Origin: Candidatus Sulfobium sp.
Lineage (GTDB): Bacteria > Nitrospirota > Thermodesulfovibrionia > Thermodesulfovibrionales > UBA6898
DNA length: 64,000 nt
NCBI GenBank assembly: GCA_037380845.1
Contig: JARRRI010000006.1
Span: forward strand, 1 to 64,000
Direction: 5' to 3'
Part shown: piece after piece, positions 39,601-49,020 of the stretch
Layout of the letters: the number at the start of each line of letters is the position of its first letter
Position numbering within the stretch: the first letter of the stretch is position 1
The notes under the pieces: model-generated
Told to the model about the DNA's origin: nothing
Seen by the model: only the letters and a program-made list of their open reading frames with translations
The model's database searches: none
Made by a program: the position numbers and the translations under genes

Positions 39601-39664
39601 CGGTCTTGCCGGGAGCCTTCTTTGCCGGCTTGGAAGATTCTTTGCTCTTTTTAGTTTTTGCCAA
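36602..39664 (-). CDS. CheB-CheR-coiled coil-PAS fusion protein
   Basis: GASAGG, VTNFFRD, GCSTGEEAYS, CRNVLIY, repeated NEELQS heptads, PAS; TTG start with AAGGGGG RBS. Confidence 0.93.
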   Translation of the reverse strand: MAKTKKSKESSKPAKKAPGKTVKAPAKPSKSSTTGVKGRAKKTAPASAEKTAHPPANGFYIIGIGASAGGLDAMEKLLRHMPPDSGMGFVLVPHLDPGHKSMMGDLLRRFTKMDIFQAEEGMKVRPDTIYIIPPNREMAIRNGKLLLFELKQERGVRHPIDFFFRSLAEDRGVYGIGIVLSGTGTEGALGLRSIKGEGGLALVQDPATASYGGMPESAIGTGIVDYVLPPEKMAKKLMDYVRQSSRVVVRPPEREKEQPQNLLQKVLGIVRAQTGVDFSLYKTNTIVRRIEKRMAMHQVQAMEDYLIYLRNSPHEVNSLLKEILIRVTNFFRDAQAFDAIKSEIMPKLIQNKSEDNPLRIWVPGCSTGEEAYSLAIIVRETMEQAQKMFPVQIFATDIDAGAIEIARAGVYTDSITADVSPERLARYFLKQGGNYKVRGELREMVVFAVHNILKDPPFLKLDLVSCRNVLIYMGTELQRKIIPLLRYTLNQEGVLFLGPSENIGDFTELFSVADKRWKMFRAKRGERAVPAEFGLQAGTVTGPQPNSKEPSPRDLHTDVSLGELAEDLLLSEYSPCCLIVNERGDIVYFYGKTGKYLEPPSGKATLRITEMAREGLKLELMSGLRKVFSRKEKVTSRGIRVKTNGGFETIDLDLHYIKRPDYFEGLVMVVFKPVPTPKTEKAGTPKSREAERLTKHVSELEYELKTTKERLQTTIEELETSNEELKSSNEELQSSNEELQSTNEELETSREELQSINEELVTVNSELQEKNEELSRANNDMNNLLASTQIATIFLDNSLKIKSFTPAASEIVNLIQSDVGRPLRDISSRIEYQNLVSDVKEVITKLSKKEKPVKHEKNRWYLAKILPYRTSENVIDGAVLTFVDITEQKNAQDELRFALTFRSIVQSIREPILLLDKKLMVEFANEAFYNVFETTPQETVHRRVYELGNGQWDIPALKDILERILPEKKTLCNYLVEHDFEDIGRKKMMLDANVIFGDQKDSRRILLTINDVTEKKKETG

Positions 39665-39848
39665 GGTTTTGTCCCCCTTAAGTTGTACTCATATTCTATG
39701 TGATTTGGCTGTATTTTAGAACGGCGGGGAGAAAATTCTGTGGTTCACTGAGGGAGCAGGAAATACTTTTTGCGTTCGCCAGGTTTTGGTGATAACGTGA
39801 AAATATAGCAGATGTATATATGAGAATGCATGTGGGAGGAAAGAGATT

Positions 39849-40148
39849 ATGGTTACAGTTGCATTATATGTCCGGCTGGAGGCCAGGCCTGGAAAAGAGG
39901 CTGAAGTTGAGAATTTCCTTAAGGGTGGATTGGCGCTTGTTCAGGAGGAACCGGACACCACTGCCTGGTTTGCGATCAGAATGGGGCAGACCACATTCGG
40001 CATCTTCGATGCATTCCCGGGAGAAGCCGGCAGGCAGGCGCATCTTTCCGGCAGGGTTGCCGCTGCGTTGAAGGAGAAAGCGGGCGACCTCTTTGCACAG
40101 CCCCCCGTGATTGAGAAAGTGGACGTCCTTGCGGCAAAACTTCCGTGA
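39849..40148 (+). CDS. Antibiotic-biosynthesis-monooxygenase (ABM) family protein
   Basis: LEARPGKE, FGIFDAF, RQAHLSG. Confidence 0.85.
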   Translation: MVTVALYVRLEARPGKEAEVENFLKGGLALVQEEPDTTAWFAIRMGQTTFGIFDAFPGEAGRQAHLSGRVAAALKEKAGDLFAQPPVIEKVDVLAAKLP

Positions 40149-40225
40149 GATCGTATTCCATCTTCAAAGGTTTCATTTCGGAGTTCCTTACCGCTTGAGG
40201 GATTAGGGTAAGGTAAGGAGGACTG

Positions 40226-41317
40226 ATGGAAGGACTGGCGCATCACCTGGGACCCCCGGTCTATACTGCGACCGTTTTAGTCGGAGCGATAATAGCCGGT
40301 CTCATTGCCCACAAAGTATTATTCCGGGTCGCGGCCAATATATCGCGGCGAACTTCAAGTATCGTCGACGATTCCCTCGTCGGGCATCTGAGAAGGCCCG
40401 CACGGGTGATGATCCCTCTTGTAATATTTTACGTCACGCTTCAGTTCGAGCATGTCCCTTCCGATGTTCTACGGGTGATAGAAAAGATCTCGCTTGTCCT
40501 TCTGATACTGGGGGCCTCCTGGGTCCTTGTAGCGCTGACTTCGGTGCTCGAGGATTTCGTCCTGAGTAAATACAGGATTGCCGACGATGAAAATATCAGG
40601 GCGAGGAAGATTTACACCCAGTTCAAGATCATAAAAAAGATTCTCATCGTCGCCATCCTGGTGGTCGGCCTTGCCGCGGTCTTGCTGAGTTTCAAGAAAT
40701 TCCGCCAGGTCGGCGCCGGCCTTCTCGCCTCGGCCGGGGTGGCGGGAATCGTTCTCGGGGTGGCGGCCCGGCCAGCCCTCTCCAACCTTCTGGCCGGAAT
40801 CCAGATAGCTCTCACCGAACCGATCCGTCTGGAGGATGTTGTGGTAGTTGAAGGTGAATGGGGGAGGATCGAAGAGATAACGCTGACTTATGTTGTCGTC
40901 AAGATATGGGACCTCCGGCGCCTGGTTGTTCCGATTGGGTATTTCCTGGATAAACCCTTTCGAAACTGGACCAGGCAGTCATCCGACCTGATCGGATCGG
41001 TCTATCTCTACGCCGATTATACGGTCCCGGTGCCGGAGGTCCGGGAGGAACTCCACCGCATATTGCAGGAATCGTCTTACTGGAAGGGCGACGTCTGGGC
41101 CTTGCAGGTGACGGACGCCACTGAAAAGACCATACAGTTGAGGGCAATAATGGACGCCGGGGATTCATCGAACGCCTGGTACCTCAGATGCGAAGTCAGG
41201 GAAAAACTCATTGAATTCCTTAGGGTGAAACATCCCGATGCGCTGCCGAAAGTCAGGGCGGGAATAGCGAACTTCACACAATCCCCTTCGGCTTCCGGCC
41301 GCGAACAGGGGATATGA
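40226..41317 (+). CDS. MscS-family mechanosensitive channel
   Basis: LLASAGVAG, GEWGRIEEI, FRNWTR. Confidence 0.92.
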   Translation: MEGLAHHLGPPVYTATVLVGAIIAGLIAHKVLFRVAANISRRTSSIVDDSLVGHLRRPARVMIPLVIFYVTLQFEHVPSDVLRVIEKISLVLLILGASWVLVALTSVLEDFVLSKYRIADDENIRARKIYTQFKIIKKILIVAILVVGLAAVLLSFKKFRQVGAGLLASAGVAGIVLGVAARPALSNLLAGIQIALTEPIRLEDVVVVEGEWGRIEEITLTYVVVKIWDLRRLVVPIGYFLDKPFRNWTRQSSDLIGSVYLYADYTVPVPEVREELHRILQESSYWKGDVWALQVTDATEKTIQLRAIMDAGDSSNAWYLRCEVREKLIEFLRVKHPDALPKVRAGIANFTQSPSASGREQGI

Positions 41318-42057
41318 CCAAATTGGCAGAGGAAGGCCTCAATAATAGAAATCCGGACGGAAGCGCACCGCCGGCGGGCCGCAGGGAACAGGCGCTGGAA
41401 CTTGCGGTCTTTCTTTTCCTTATCATACCCGCCATGGTGCTATCATTCTTTGTTGTGAGGGGGGCGAGCCTGAGTTTCGTTATCCTGGCAGTGGATACGG
41501 TCATGCGCGATCTCGGGCTTCTCAGTCTGGTGCTATTCTTCGTCTGGCGCAACGGGGAGCCGTTCGCCGCGGTAGGCTGCCGGCGGAAGAACCTCCTCAA
41601 AGAGATCGGCCTGGGCATCGCACTCTTTATCCCCCTGATATATATTCTGCCGGCGCTGGAGAGCACACTGCACAAGATTGGACTAACCTCCCCCTCAAAT
41701 CCGCTTTCTGCGCTCACGAGCGAAAAGGGCATTCCTGAAGTCCTGCTGGCCTCCCTGATGGTGATGGTAGTCGCAGTGGCTGAAGAGACTATTTTCCGGG
41801 GGTATCTGATCCTCCGTCTGGAGACGGCCACGCGGAGCCGTGCGTGGGCCATAGGTCTGTCTGCCGTGATCTTTTCCCTGGGACATGGTTACGAAGGTTC
41901 CGCGGGTATGGCGACCGTGGCTTTCCTGGGAGTAGTACTGGCGTGGGTCTACCTTTGGCGGCAGAATCTCGTCGCTGCCGTGGTAATCCATTTTCTTCAG
42001 GATTTCAGCGGCATCGTCCTCCTCCCTCTACTGAAGCAGCTGAACCTTCTTCAATAA
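41314..42057 (+). CDS. CPBP/CAAX (Abi) intramembrane protease
   Basis: EETIFRG, FSLGH, VIHFLQD. Confidence 0.9.
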   Translation: MTKLAEEGLNNRNPDGSAPPAGRREQALELAVFLFLIIPAMVLSFFVVRGASLSFVILAVDTVMRDLGLLSLVLFFVWRNGEPFAAVGCRRKNLLKEIGLGIALFIPLIYILPALESTLHKIGLTSPSNPLSALTSEKGIPEVLLASLMVMVVAVAEETIFRGYLILRLETATRSRAWAIGLSAVIFSLGHGYEGSAGMATVAFLGVVLAWVYLWRQNLVAAVVIHFLQDFSGIVLLPLLKQLNLLQ

Positions 42058-42068
42058 GGGTGCGGGGC

Positions 42069-42899
42069 ATGGTGGAACGAGCGCCAGGCGAAAAATTCCC
42101 ACTGCCCTTAACCATCTTCATATCGGAACTGGCAGGCACCGGTCTCCTTGTTGCCGTGGGGATATCGATGGTCATACTGAACTTTGGCAGAGGCAGTCCG
42201 GTCGCTCTCCTGGTCCCGGGAGAAGGCTTCCGGCGCATCATCACGGGCTTTCTCTTCGGTTCTACAGGCTGCCTTATAGCTCTTTCCCCCATCGGCAGGG
42301 AAAGCGGGGCACACATCAACCCTGTGGTAACGCTTGCTTTCTGGTCGTTGAGAAAGATTCGGGGCGTTCATGCCTTCTGGTATGTTGTTGCGCAGCTTGC
42401 CGGAGGGATACTCGGGGCGCTGCCCCTCGTTGCGTGGGGGCGGATGGGAGAGAGCATCCACTTCGGCGCAACGGTTCCCGGCTACGGTTACGATGTATGG
42501 GCTGCCCTGGCCGGGGAAACGGCGACCACCTTCTGTCTTGTTGCAGGCCTGTTTTCCTTTATCAGGCGAAGGAGCATCCGCCGTTTTACGCCTCTGCTTT
42601 TTCCGTTCCTATACGCCCTGATGGTTTTTCTCGAAGCCCCGGTGTCGGGAACCAGTACAAATCCTGCACGGAGCCTCGGCCCTGCGGTGGTCTCGGGACA
42701 ATGGCAGGCCTGGTGGGTCTACTGGATGGGACCGGTCATCGGGAGTCTCCTTGCCGTCAGCGCCTTCAGGTTCACATGGCTACGCCACATGGAGGTCGAA
42801 ATAGCCAAGCTCTACCACTTTGAACATGACCCCCACGGCGTCTTCGGCGTGAGGGCCGGATCTCATGATAAAGGCGGCCGCGACAGTTCAAAAAATTGA
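42069..42899 (+). CDS. MIP/aquaporin-family channel
   Basis: SGAHINPV and STNPARS loops, WVYWMGP. Confidence 0.9.
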   Translation: MVERAPGEKFPLPLTIFISELAGTGLLVAVGISMVILNFGRGSPVALLVPGEGFRRIITGFLFGSTGCLIALSPIGRESGAHINPVVTLAFWSLRKIRGVHAFWYVVAQLAGGILGALPLVAWGRMGESIHFGATVPGYGYDVWAALAGETATTFCLVAGLFSFIRRRSIRRFTPLLFPFLYALMVFLEAPVSGTSTNPARSLGPAVVSGQWQAWWVYWMGPVIGSLLAVSAFRFTWLRHMEVEIAKLYHFEHDPHGVFGVRAGSHDKGGRDSSKN

Positions 42900-42959
42900 T
42901 ATCCGAATTTTCCACAAGGCAAAGTTCCCATAACAACCGAGTCATGGGATAATTGATCT

Positions 42960-43655
42960 ATGGCGCAGTGGCTTGAAACAGTTTCCATTATTTCACTTGC
43001 CGCCGGTTTTGCGAGCAGCCTGATAATTATTCTGGACATCGCAGCCGGGCACCGGCAGTACATGAAGATCATGAATATTGTCTGGCCGGTTACGGCCCTT
43101 TACTCCGGGCCCCTTGGGTTATGGGCTTATTACAAAATGGGCCGTCTCTCCACAAGCCGGAGGGTGCGTAAGGCAAAAGCACACGGCGAGGTCCCTCCAG
43201 GCAAGAGAAAGCCTTTCTGGCAGAGCGTTATGGCAGGCGCCACTCACTGCGGCAGCGGGTGCACACTGGGAGACATCGTCGCCGAATGGTTTGTCTTCTT
43301 CGTGCCCCTGACTTTGTTCGGAGAGAGGGTTTTTGCCGCATGGGCCATCGATTACGTTCTGGCGTTCCTGTTCGGCATAGCCTTTCAGTATTTCACCATT
43401 AGACCTGCCCGCAAGCTATCCCCGAGAGCTGGGCTCGTGGCGGCGGTAAAGGCGGATACACTTTCGCTGACGGCGTGGCAGGTCGGCATGTACGGCTGGA
43501 TGGCAGTAGCGATTTTTGTTATTTTTGGCCGCGATATCCCGAAGACGAACCCGGTATTCTGGTTTATGATGCAGCTGGCGATGCTGGCGGGGTTGCTGAC
43601 GAGTTATCCGGTGAACTGGCTTCTGCTGCGAAAGGGAATCAAGGAAGCTATGTGA
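42960..43655 (+). CDS. DUF4396-like membrane protein
   Basis: THCGSGCTLGD, FWFMMQ, YPVNWLL...KEAM. Confidence 0.8.
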   Translation: MAQWLETVSIISLAAGFASSLIIILDIAAGHRQYMKIMNIVWPVTALYSGPLGLWAYYKMGRLSTSRRVRKAKAHGEVPPGKRKPFWQSVMAGATHCGSGCTLGDIVAEWFVFFVPLTLFGERVFAAWAIDYVLAFLFGIAFQYFTIRPARKLSPRAGLVAAVKADTLSLTAWQVGMYGWMAVAIFVIFGRDIPKTNPVFWFMMQLAMLAGLLTSYPVNWLLLRKGIKEAM

Positions 43656-43793
43656 ACCATCCTGTATTCTTTCCCTGTTCCTGTCGACAAGTCCCGTCAG
43701 AGAGTGCAATGAAAAACCGCCATTCTGTATAATAGAGAAAAGTCGAAAAAAAGAATTTACCCGGGACGCATTCTCCGGGGAAGATGGAAAGAG

Positions 43794-44576
43794 ATGATAA
43801 GAAATACGTTCTGCATACTTGACGGCATAGGAGAGAAGCTGGAAAGACGACTCTGGAGGGAGGGAATTCTCACCTGGGCGGACTTCACGGACGCAGGTGA
43901 GGTCCTCGGCTTCAGCAGGGAGCGGAAGAAGGCCTTCGACGAGCGGCTCGGATGCGACCGGTGCGAGCTCGATGCGGGCAATGCCCGGTACTTTTCCTCA
44001 CGTATGAAGAGGAGGGAACACTGGCGTCTATTCGATACTTTCAAGGACCATGCTGTCTGCCTGGACATAGAGACGAACGGATACCAACCCGGCGCCGGAG
44101 GGTACGTCACCGTAGTGGGACTCTATGACGGTTTCGACTACAAGTGCCTCGTCAGGGGAGAGAACCTCAGTGCCGAAAACCTGAACAATGAACTGTCGAG
44201 GTACAAATGCCTCGTCACTTTTTACGGTGCGGCGTTTGATGTACCCTTTATGTTGAGGTCCTTCAACGGGCTCAAATTCGACATCCCCCATTTCGACCTT
44301 TGCTTTGCGGCGAAGAGGCTGGGCATCAAAGGCGGGCTCAAACGGCTCGAACAGGATTTCGGGATTGAACGGGACGAGGCCGTACGCGGACTGGACGGGT
44401 ACGATGCAGTCAAGCTGTGGGAGCTTGCACGCCGTGGATCATACGAAGCCCGCGAGACACTCATAAAGTACAACCGGGAAGACACTGTAAACCTTATGGG
44501 GATGGCGCCTGTCTTCTACGAGAAACTGAAGCAGTCGACCGGCATAGAGGAATACCTTACTTGTGGAGTCGCTTGA
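43794..44576 (+). CDS. YprB-like RNase H-fold exonuclease
   Basis: LDIET, GAAFD, HFDL, YNRED. Confidence 0.8.
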   Translation: MIRNTFCILDGIGEKLERRLWREGILTWADFTDAGEVLGFSRERKKAFDERLGCDRCELDAGNARYFSSRMKRREHWRLFDTFKDHAVCLDIETNGYQPGAGGYVTVVGLYDGFDYKCLVRGENLSAENLNNELSRYKCLVTFYGAAFDVPFMLRSFNGLKFDIPHFDLCFAAKRLGIKGGLKRLEQDFGIERDEAVRGLDGYDAVKLWELARRGSYEARETLIKYNREDTVNLMGMAPVFYEKLKQSTGIEEYLTCGVA

Positions 44577-45435
44577 CGCCTTTCTCACATATCTGTCAGT
44601 AGAAAAGGGCCTCGCCGGGAATACCCTCGAGTCATACTCTTCAGACCTGAAAAAATTTAGCGGCTTCCTGAAAAAAAGGAAGCGGGGCCTTGAGTCGGCT
44701 TCCGCAACGGACATTGCGGATTTCCTCGAGACGCTGGTCGACGGGGGATATTCGATCTCCAGTATAGGCAGGTATTTGTCATCCATGAGGGCCCTTTACA
44801 GGTACATGCTCGTAGAGGACATCATTGCAGAGGACCCCTCTGAAAACATCCAGAGCCCGAGGAAATGGGAAAGACTTCCGAAGGCGCTGAGCATCTCCGA
44901 TGTGATGGAGCTGCTGGCGGCCGAGCCGGAAGGCGGAACGGCGCTCAGGGATTCGGCCATGCTGGAGCTGATGTATTCTTCCGGACTGAGAGTGAGCGAG
45001 CTTACCTCCATAAAGCTGGGCGATATCCATTTCGATGCGGGGTTTATAAGAGTCATGGGTAAAGGCTCGAAAGAGCGTGTGGTCCCGGTCAATGCCAGGG
45101 CCCTTGAGAAGGTAAAAAGGTATATGAGCGGGGAGCGGCCGTCGATACTCGGCAAGAGGCGGTCGGTTTACCTCTTCGTTACGAAGAGGGGCGGACCGAT
45201 GACCAGGCAGAGGTTCTGGCAGACACTCAAGTCGATAGGCAGGAAGGCAGGGATTGAGCTCTCTCCTCACACATTAAGACACTGTTTCGCTACCCATCTG
45301 CTCGAAGGCGGGGCAGACCTCAGGTCCGTACAGAAGATGCTCGGCCATTCCGACATTTCCACAACACAGGTCTACACAAAAGTCACCACCGACAGGATCA
45401 AGAAGGTTTTCAAGAAATACCATCCGAGGGCCTGA
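44563..45435 (+). CDS. xerD: Tyrosine recombinase XerD
   Basis: GLRVSEL, GKGSKER, TRQRFW, HTLRH, LGHSDISTTQVY. Confidence 0.9.
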   Translation: MESLDAFLTYLSVEKGLAGNTLESYSSDLKKFSGFLKKRKRGLESASATDIADFLETLVDGGYSISSIGRYLSSMRALYRYMLVEDIIAEDPSENIQSPRKWERLPKALSISDVMELLAAEPEGGTALRDSAMLELMYSSGLRVSELTSIKLGDIHFDAGFIRVMGKGSKERVVPVNARALEKVKRYMSGERPSILGKRRSVYLFVTKRGGPMTRQRFWQTLKSIGRKAGIELSPHTLRHCFATHLLEGGADLRSVQKMLGHSDISTTQVYTKVTTDRIKKVFKKYHPRA

Positions 45436-45440
45436 AATTC

Positions 45441-45520
45441 AGTGTCAGTGAATAGTCTCAATGAAGGGATAAAAAGCTATCCGACCGCCTGACACTGATC
45501 ACTGTCGCTGGCACTGACAC
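45441..45520. repeat. Hexamer-built inverted-repeat element, copy 1
   Basis: AGTGTCAGTG...CTGACACTGATCACTG...GCACTGACAC. Confidence 0.75.
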
Positions 45521-45623
45521 CTTTACGGCCTGGTGAAAGTCGTCTTTTTCTGTGATAGAATTTGAATCAGATATGGAGAAGAGACAGTGAGAGTTGGACC
45601 AACAAGCCTTTAGGGGGACAGGC

Positions 45624-46730
45624 ATGGGCGGGATTAACGAGGAAGATAAGGGCAGGGGAAAAGGAACAAAGACCGTACCGGTCACAGATGCGGTTGGTAC
45701 GGTCCTTGCTCATGATATTACCGAGATAAGGAAGGACGAGTTCAAGGGGCGGGCCTTCAGAAAGGGACATGTGGTCAGGCAAGAGGACGTCTGTCACCTC
45801 CAGAGGCTCGGCAAGGAGCATCTCTTCGTCCTGAAGATAGCAGAGGACGAGATTCATGAAGACGAGGCGGCATTTGCTCTTGCGAAGGCCCTCGCCGGAG
45901 AAGGGGTGGAGATAAGGGATAAACCAAAGGAAGGCAAGCTGACGCTACTGGCTGCCAGGGACGGGCTCCTGAGAATAAACAGGAAGGCGCTCCTCGAATT
46001 TAATCTCCTCGGCGATGTTATGTGCGCGACGGCCCACGATGCGACGATTGTCAGGAAGGGGCAGGCCGTTGCCGGAACCAGGGCCATCCCTCTGGTTGTA
46101 AAACGCGATGTGATAAGCCGGGCAACTGCTATCGGGCGTGAGGCCGGCAGGGTGATCCACGTAAAGGAAATCAGAAAGCCCCGGGCAGGCGTTGTGATCA
46201 CCGGCAATGAAGTCTATTCCGGAAGAATAAGGGATTGCTTTGCGCCGGTTATCACGGAAAAGGTGGAGTCGTTCGGCGGGGAGATAGTGGGGCTCCATTA
46301 TGCGCCCGATGACGAGCCGTTTATAGAAGAAAAACTCAGGGAATTGATAGAAGCGGGAGCCGACCTTCTTGTCACGACCGGTGGAATGTCGGTTGACCCC
46401 GACGATGTTACAAGATTTGCCATAAGTAGACTCGGGGCGTCGGAGATTACCTATGGCTCGGCGGTCCTGCCCGGAGCGATGGTCCTTGTGGCCTATATAG
46501 AGAGAAGGCCTTCAGTCCCGGGTATGCCGGGTCCCCGGGATATGATCCCGGTGATCGGCATTCCGGCCTGCGGAATGTACAGCAAGATGACGGTCTTCGA
46601 CCTGGTTTTTCCCAGGATACTCGCCGGCGAACGAATAGGCAGGAAGGAGCTGGCAGAACTGGGACACGGGGGGCTTTGTCTGAAGTGCGAGGTCTGCCGA
46701 TATCCGGTCTGCCCATTCGGTAAATACTGA
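45624..46730 (+). CDS. Molybdopterin-binding (MoeA/MoCF domain) protein
   Basis: LAHDITEI, ITGNEV, GGMSVDPDD, GHGGLCxxCxxCxxPxC. Confidence 0.85.
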   Translation: MGGINEEDKGRGKGTKTVPVTDAVGTVLAHDITEIRKDEFKGRAFRKGHVVRQEDVCHLQRLGKEHLFVLKIAEDEIHEDEAAFALAKALAGEGVEIRDKPKEGKLTLLAARDGLLRINRKALLEFNLLGDVMCATAHDATIVRKGQAVAGTRAIPLVVKRDVISRATAIGREAGRVIHVKEIRKPRAGVVITGNEVYSGRIRDCFAPVITEKVESFGGEIVGLHYAPDDEPFIEEKLRELIEAGADLLVTTGGMSVDPDDVTRFAISRLGASEITYGSAVLPGAMVLVAYIERRPSVPGMPGPRDMIPVIGIPACGMYSKMTVFDLVFPRILAGERIGRKELAELGHGGLCLKCEVCRYPVCPFGKY

Positions 46731-47005
46731 AATCAGGTGGAATGATTTTAGACTGGTGATAGCCTGAAGTCTCACTGTTCAACTCCTTTGCAGTTGGCGC
46801 AAGCCCCTTGTTCTGCTTCCGGATTTCACTGCTTTTTCGGGCCTTCCTAGCATCACTTATGCCCTTATAAATTAATACAATCGGCTAAACCCTTTATTTT
46901 ATATTGAAAATATGTTATTTTTTCTAACTTTATTTGTTTTAGCCGGAAAGCCTGCAGGAGTTTCCGCTTTCATCTAAATTTGTCATGAGAAAGGAGCCCC
47001 CGGGG

Positions 47006-47863
47006 ATGCTGATAATAGGCGAGAAATTGAGCATCATAGCGAAGAGAGTAAGAGAAGCGATGATGAAGAAGGACAAAGGACCGATCCAGGAGATAGCCAC
47101 ACGGCAGTGGAAAGAAGGTTCCGGCATAATCGACGCCAATATCGGACCAGCGGAAGACGGCGGAGAGGATCTGATGCAGTGGATGGTGACGGCGATACAG
47201 GAAGTCGTCCCCCTTCCCGTCTGTCTGGACACAACGAACGCAAGCGCAATCGAGGCGGGACTTAAGGTCCATAACAACGAGTGGGGGCGGCCCTTGATAA
47301 ACTCGACTTCAAACGATCCCGAGAGGTTTCCGATTCTCGAACTTGGAGCAAAATATAACGCTCAGGTTATCGGTCTCACAGTCGGGAAGGGCGGGCTTCC
47401 CGCAGATGCGGAGGAAAGGTGCGGAATAGCGGCGGAGATAATGGCCAGGGCGATGGAATACGGGGTGCCCCTGGAAGACCTTTATCTGGATCCCCTCGTT
47501 CTGCAGATAGCAACTACACAGGACCAGGCAGCGAAGGTCATCGATGCGGTGCGGATGTTCCAGGAGATGAACGAACCGCCGATGAAGACCGTTGTCGGAC
47601 TGAGCAATATTTCCAACGGCTGCCCCAAGCACGTAAGGCCTGTTCTTAACAAATATTACTTCCTGATGCTCCTGAACGCAGGCCTGACAGCGGCAATCGC
47701 CGACGCCCGGGAAATGGCGGAAGCCATGGAAGAGAAGAAGCTGTTCGACGATGTCGCGGCCGGAAAAGATATCGCAGACGCCGGGAAGATGAAAGAAATA
47801 AGGAAGACGATAGATGTGATCATGGGCAATACGCTTTATGCCCATTCATATCTGGAAATGTGA
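47006..47863 (+). CDS. acsE: Methyl-THF:corrinoid/FeS protein methyltransferase
   Basis: MLIIGE, CLDTTN, LINS, LDPLVL, GLSNISNG; operon context. Confidence 0.9.
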   Translation: MLIIGEKLSIIAKRVREAMMKKDKGPIQEIATRQWKEGSGIIDANIGPAEDGGEDLMQWMVTAIQEVVPLPVCLDTTNASAIEAGLKVHNNEWGRPLINSTSNDPERFPILELGAKYNAQVIGLTVGKGGLPADAEERCGIAAEIMARAMEYGVPLEDLYLDPLVLQIATTQDQAAKVIDAVRMFQEMNEPPMKTVVGLSNISNGCPKHVRPVLNKYYFLMLLNAGLTAAIADAREMAEAMEEKKLFDDVAAGKDIADAGKMKEIRKTIDVIMGNTLYAHSYLEM

Positions 47864-47870
47864 GAAAAAC

Positions 47871-48001
47871 AGTGTCAGTGATTAGTGTCAGTGTCAGCAA
47901 CTGACATCGAACTCCAATCACTGCCGCTTTCGTCTAAATAAGACGGTGTCGGTAGTTCTTTCCAGTGTCCTTGACTGACACTGATCACTGGCACTGACAC
48001 T
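47871..48001. repeat. Hexamer-built inverted-repeat element, copy 2
   Basis: AGTGTCAGTGATTAGTGTCAGTGTCAG...CTGACACTGATCACTGGCACTGACACT. Confidence 0.75.
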
Positions 48002-48020
48002 TTAAGTGAGGAGGTTATAG

Positions 48021-48962
48021 ATGGCTTTTACACCGACCAAGGAGACGTATTCCGGAAAGGTATATCCGGTTTCTATCGGGACGGGCGAAAGTGAGGTCAC
48101 TTTCGGCGGAGAGAACGTCCTTCCGTTCCATTCCTTCGAGGGTGAGACCCCGAACGGACCGCTGATCGCTTATGAAATACAGGATGTGCCGCCTTCCGAC
48201 TGGCCGGAGAACGTCAGGAAGCCTTATGAGGCCGTATCAGACGATCCGGTAAAATGGGCCAAGCACTGCCAGGAGGGGCTCAAGGCGAAGGCGATAGCGC
48301 TGCGTCTGACAGGTACGCATCCCGACAGAGAGAACCGCTCTCCGGAAGACGCCACGAAGACCATTCAGGATGTACTCGCTGCGATAAGCGTGCCCCTTAT
48401 CATCCTGGGCAGCAACCATGCCGAGAAGGACTCCGCGGTCCTGGTGGCTGCCTCTGAAGCGGCAAAGGGCAAGAATTGCATTATCGGCAAGGCGCAGGAG
48501 GCAAATTACAAGACTATTGCCGCTGCGGCCATGGCCAACAACCATAAACTCATTGCCATGTCCGAACTCGACATCAACCTCTCGAAGCAGCTGAACATTC
48601 TCATCACCCAGATGGGATTCGAAAAGGAGAGGGTCATCACAGACCCGATGTGTTCGGCCCTGGGATACGGTCTTGAATATACCTATTCGGTGATGGAGCG
48701 GATAAGGCTTGCCGCGCTGACGCAGAACGATGCGATCATGCAGCCTCCGATGATGGGAGACGTTGGCATGTATGTCTGGAAGATCAAGGAAACCCAGGCA
48801 TCTGAAACGGACATGCCGGAGTGGGGCGCCGCAGAGGAGAGGGGAATCGCCTGGGAGGCGGTCACGGCAGCTTCGCTCCTGGCAGCCGGCGCAGAGCTCT
48901 TGATAATGAGACATCCGAAGGCCGTGGAAGCGGTCGGGAATTTCCTGGAAGAACTGGCGTAA
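48021..48962 (+). CDS. acsD: Corrinoid/FeS protein small (delta) subunit
   Basis: DINLSKQLN, LGYGLEYTYSVMERIRLAAL, MRHP. Confidence 0.95.
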   Translation: MAFTPTKETYSGKVYPVSIGTGESEVTFGGENVLPFHSFEGETPNGPLIAYEIQDVPPSDWPENVRKPYEAVSDDPVKWAKHCQEGLKAKAIALRLTGTHPDRENRSPEDATKTIQDVLAAISVPLIILGSNHAEKDSAVLVAASEAAKGKNCIIGKAQEANYKTIAAAAMANNHKLIAMSELDINLSKQLNILITQMGFEKERVITDPMCSALGYGLEYTYSVMERIRLAALTQNDAIMQPPMMGDVGMYVWKIKETQASETDMPEWGAAEERGIAWEAVTAASLLAAGAELLIMRHPKAVEAVGNFLEELA

Positions 48963-49020
48963 GAACCGGCACGGGCCGGTTCCCGGCCCCGCCTTGAGAT
49001 AAGACTGGAGGTATAAGAAG

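Noticed and set aside
44563..45435. Tyrosine recombinase as a prophage or island integrase
   Set aside because: Size and motifs match housekeeping XerD; no att site, tRNA or phage genes nearby
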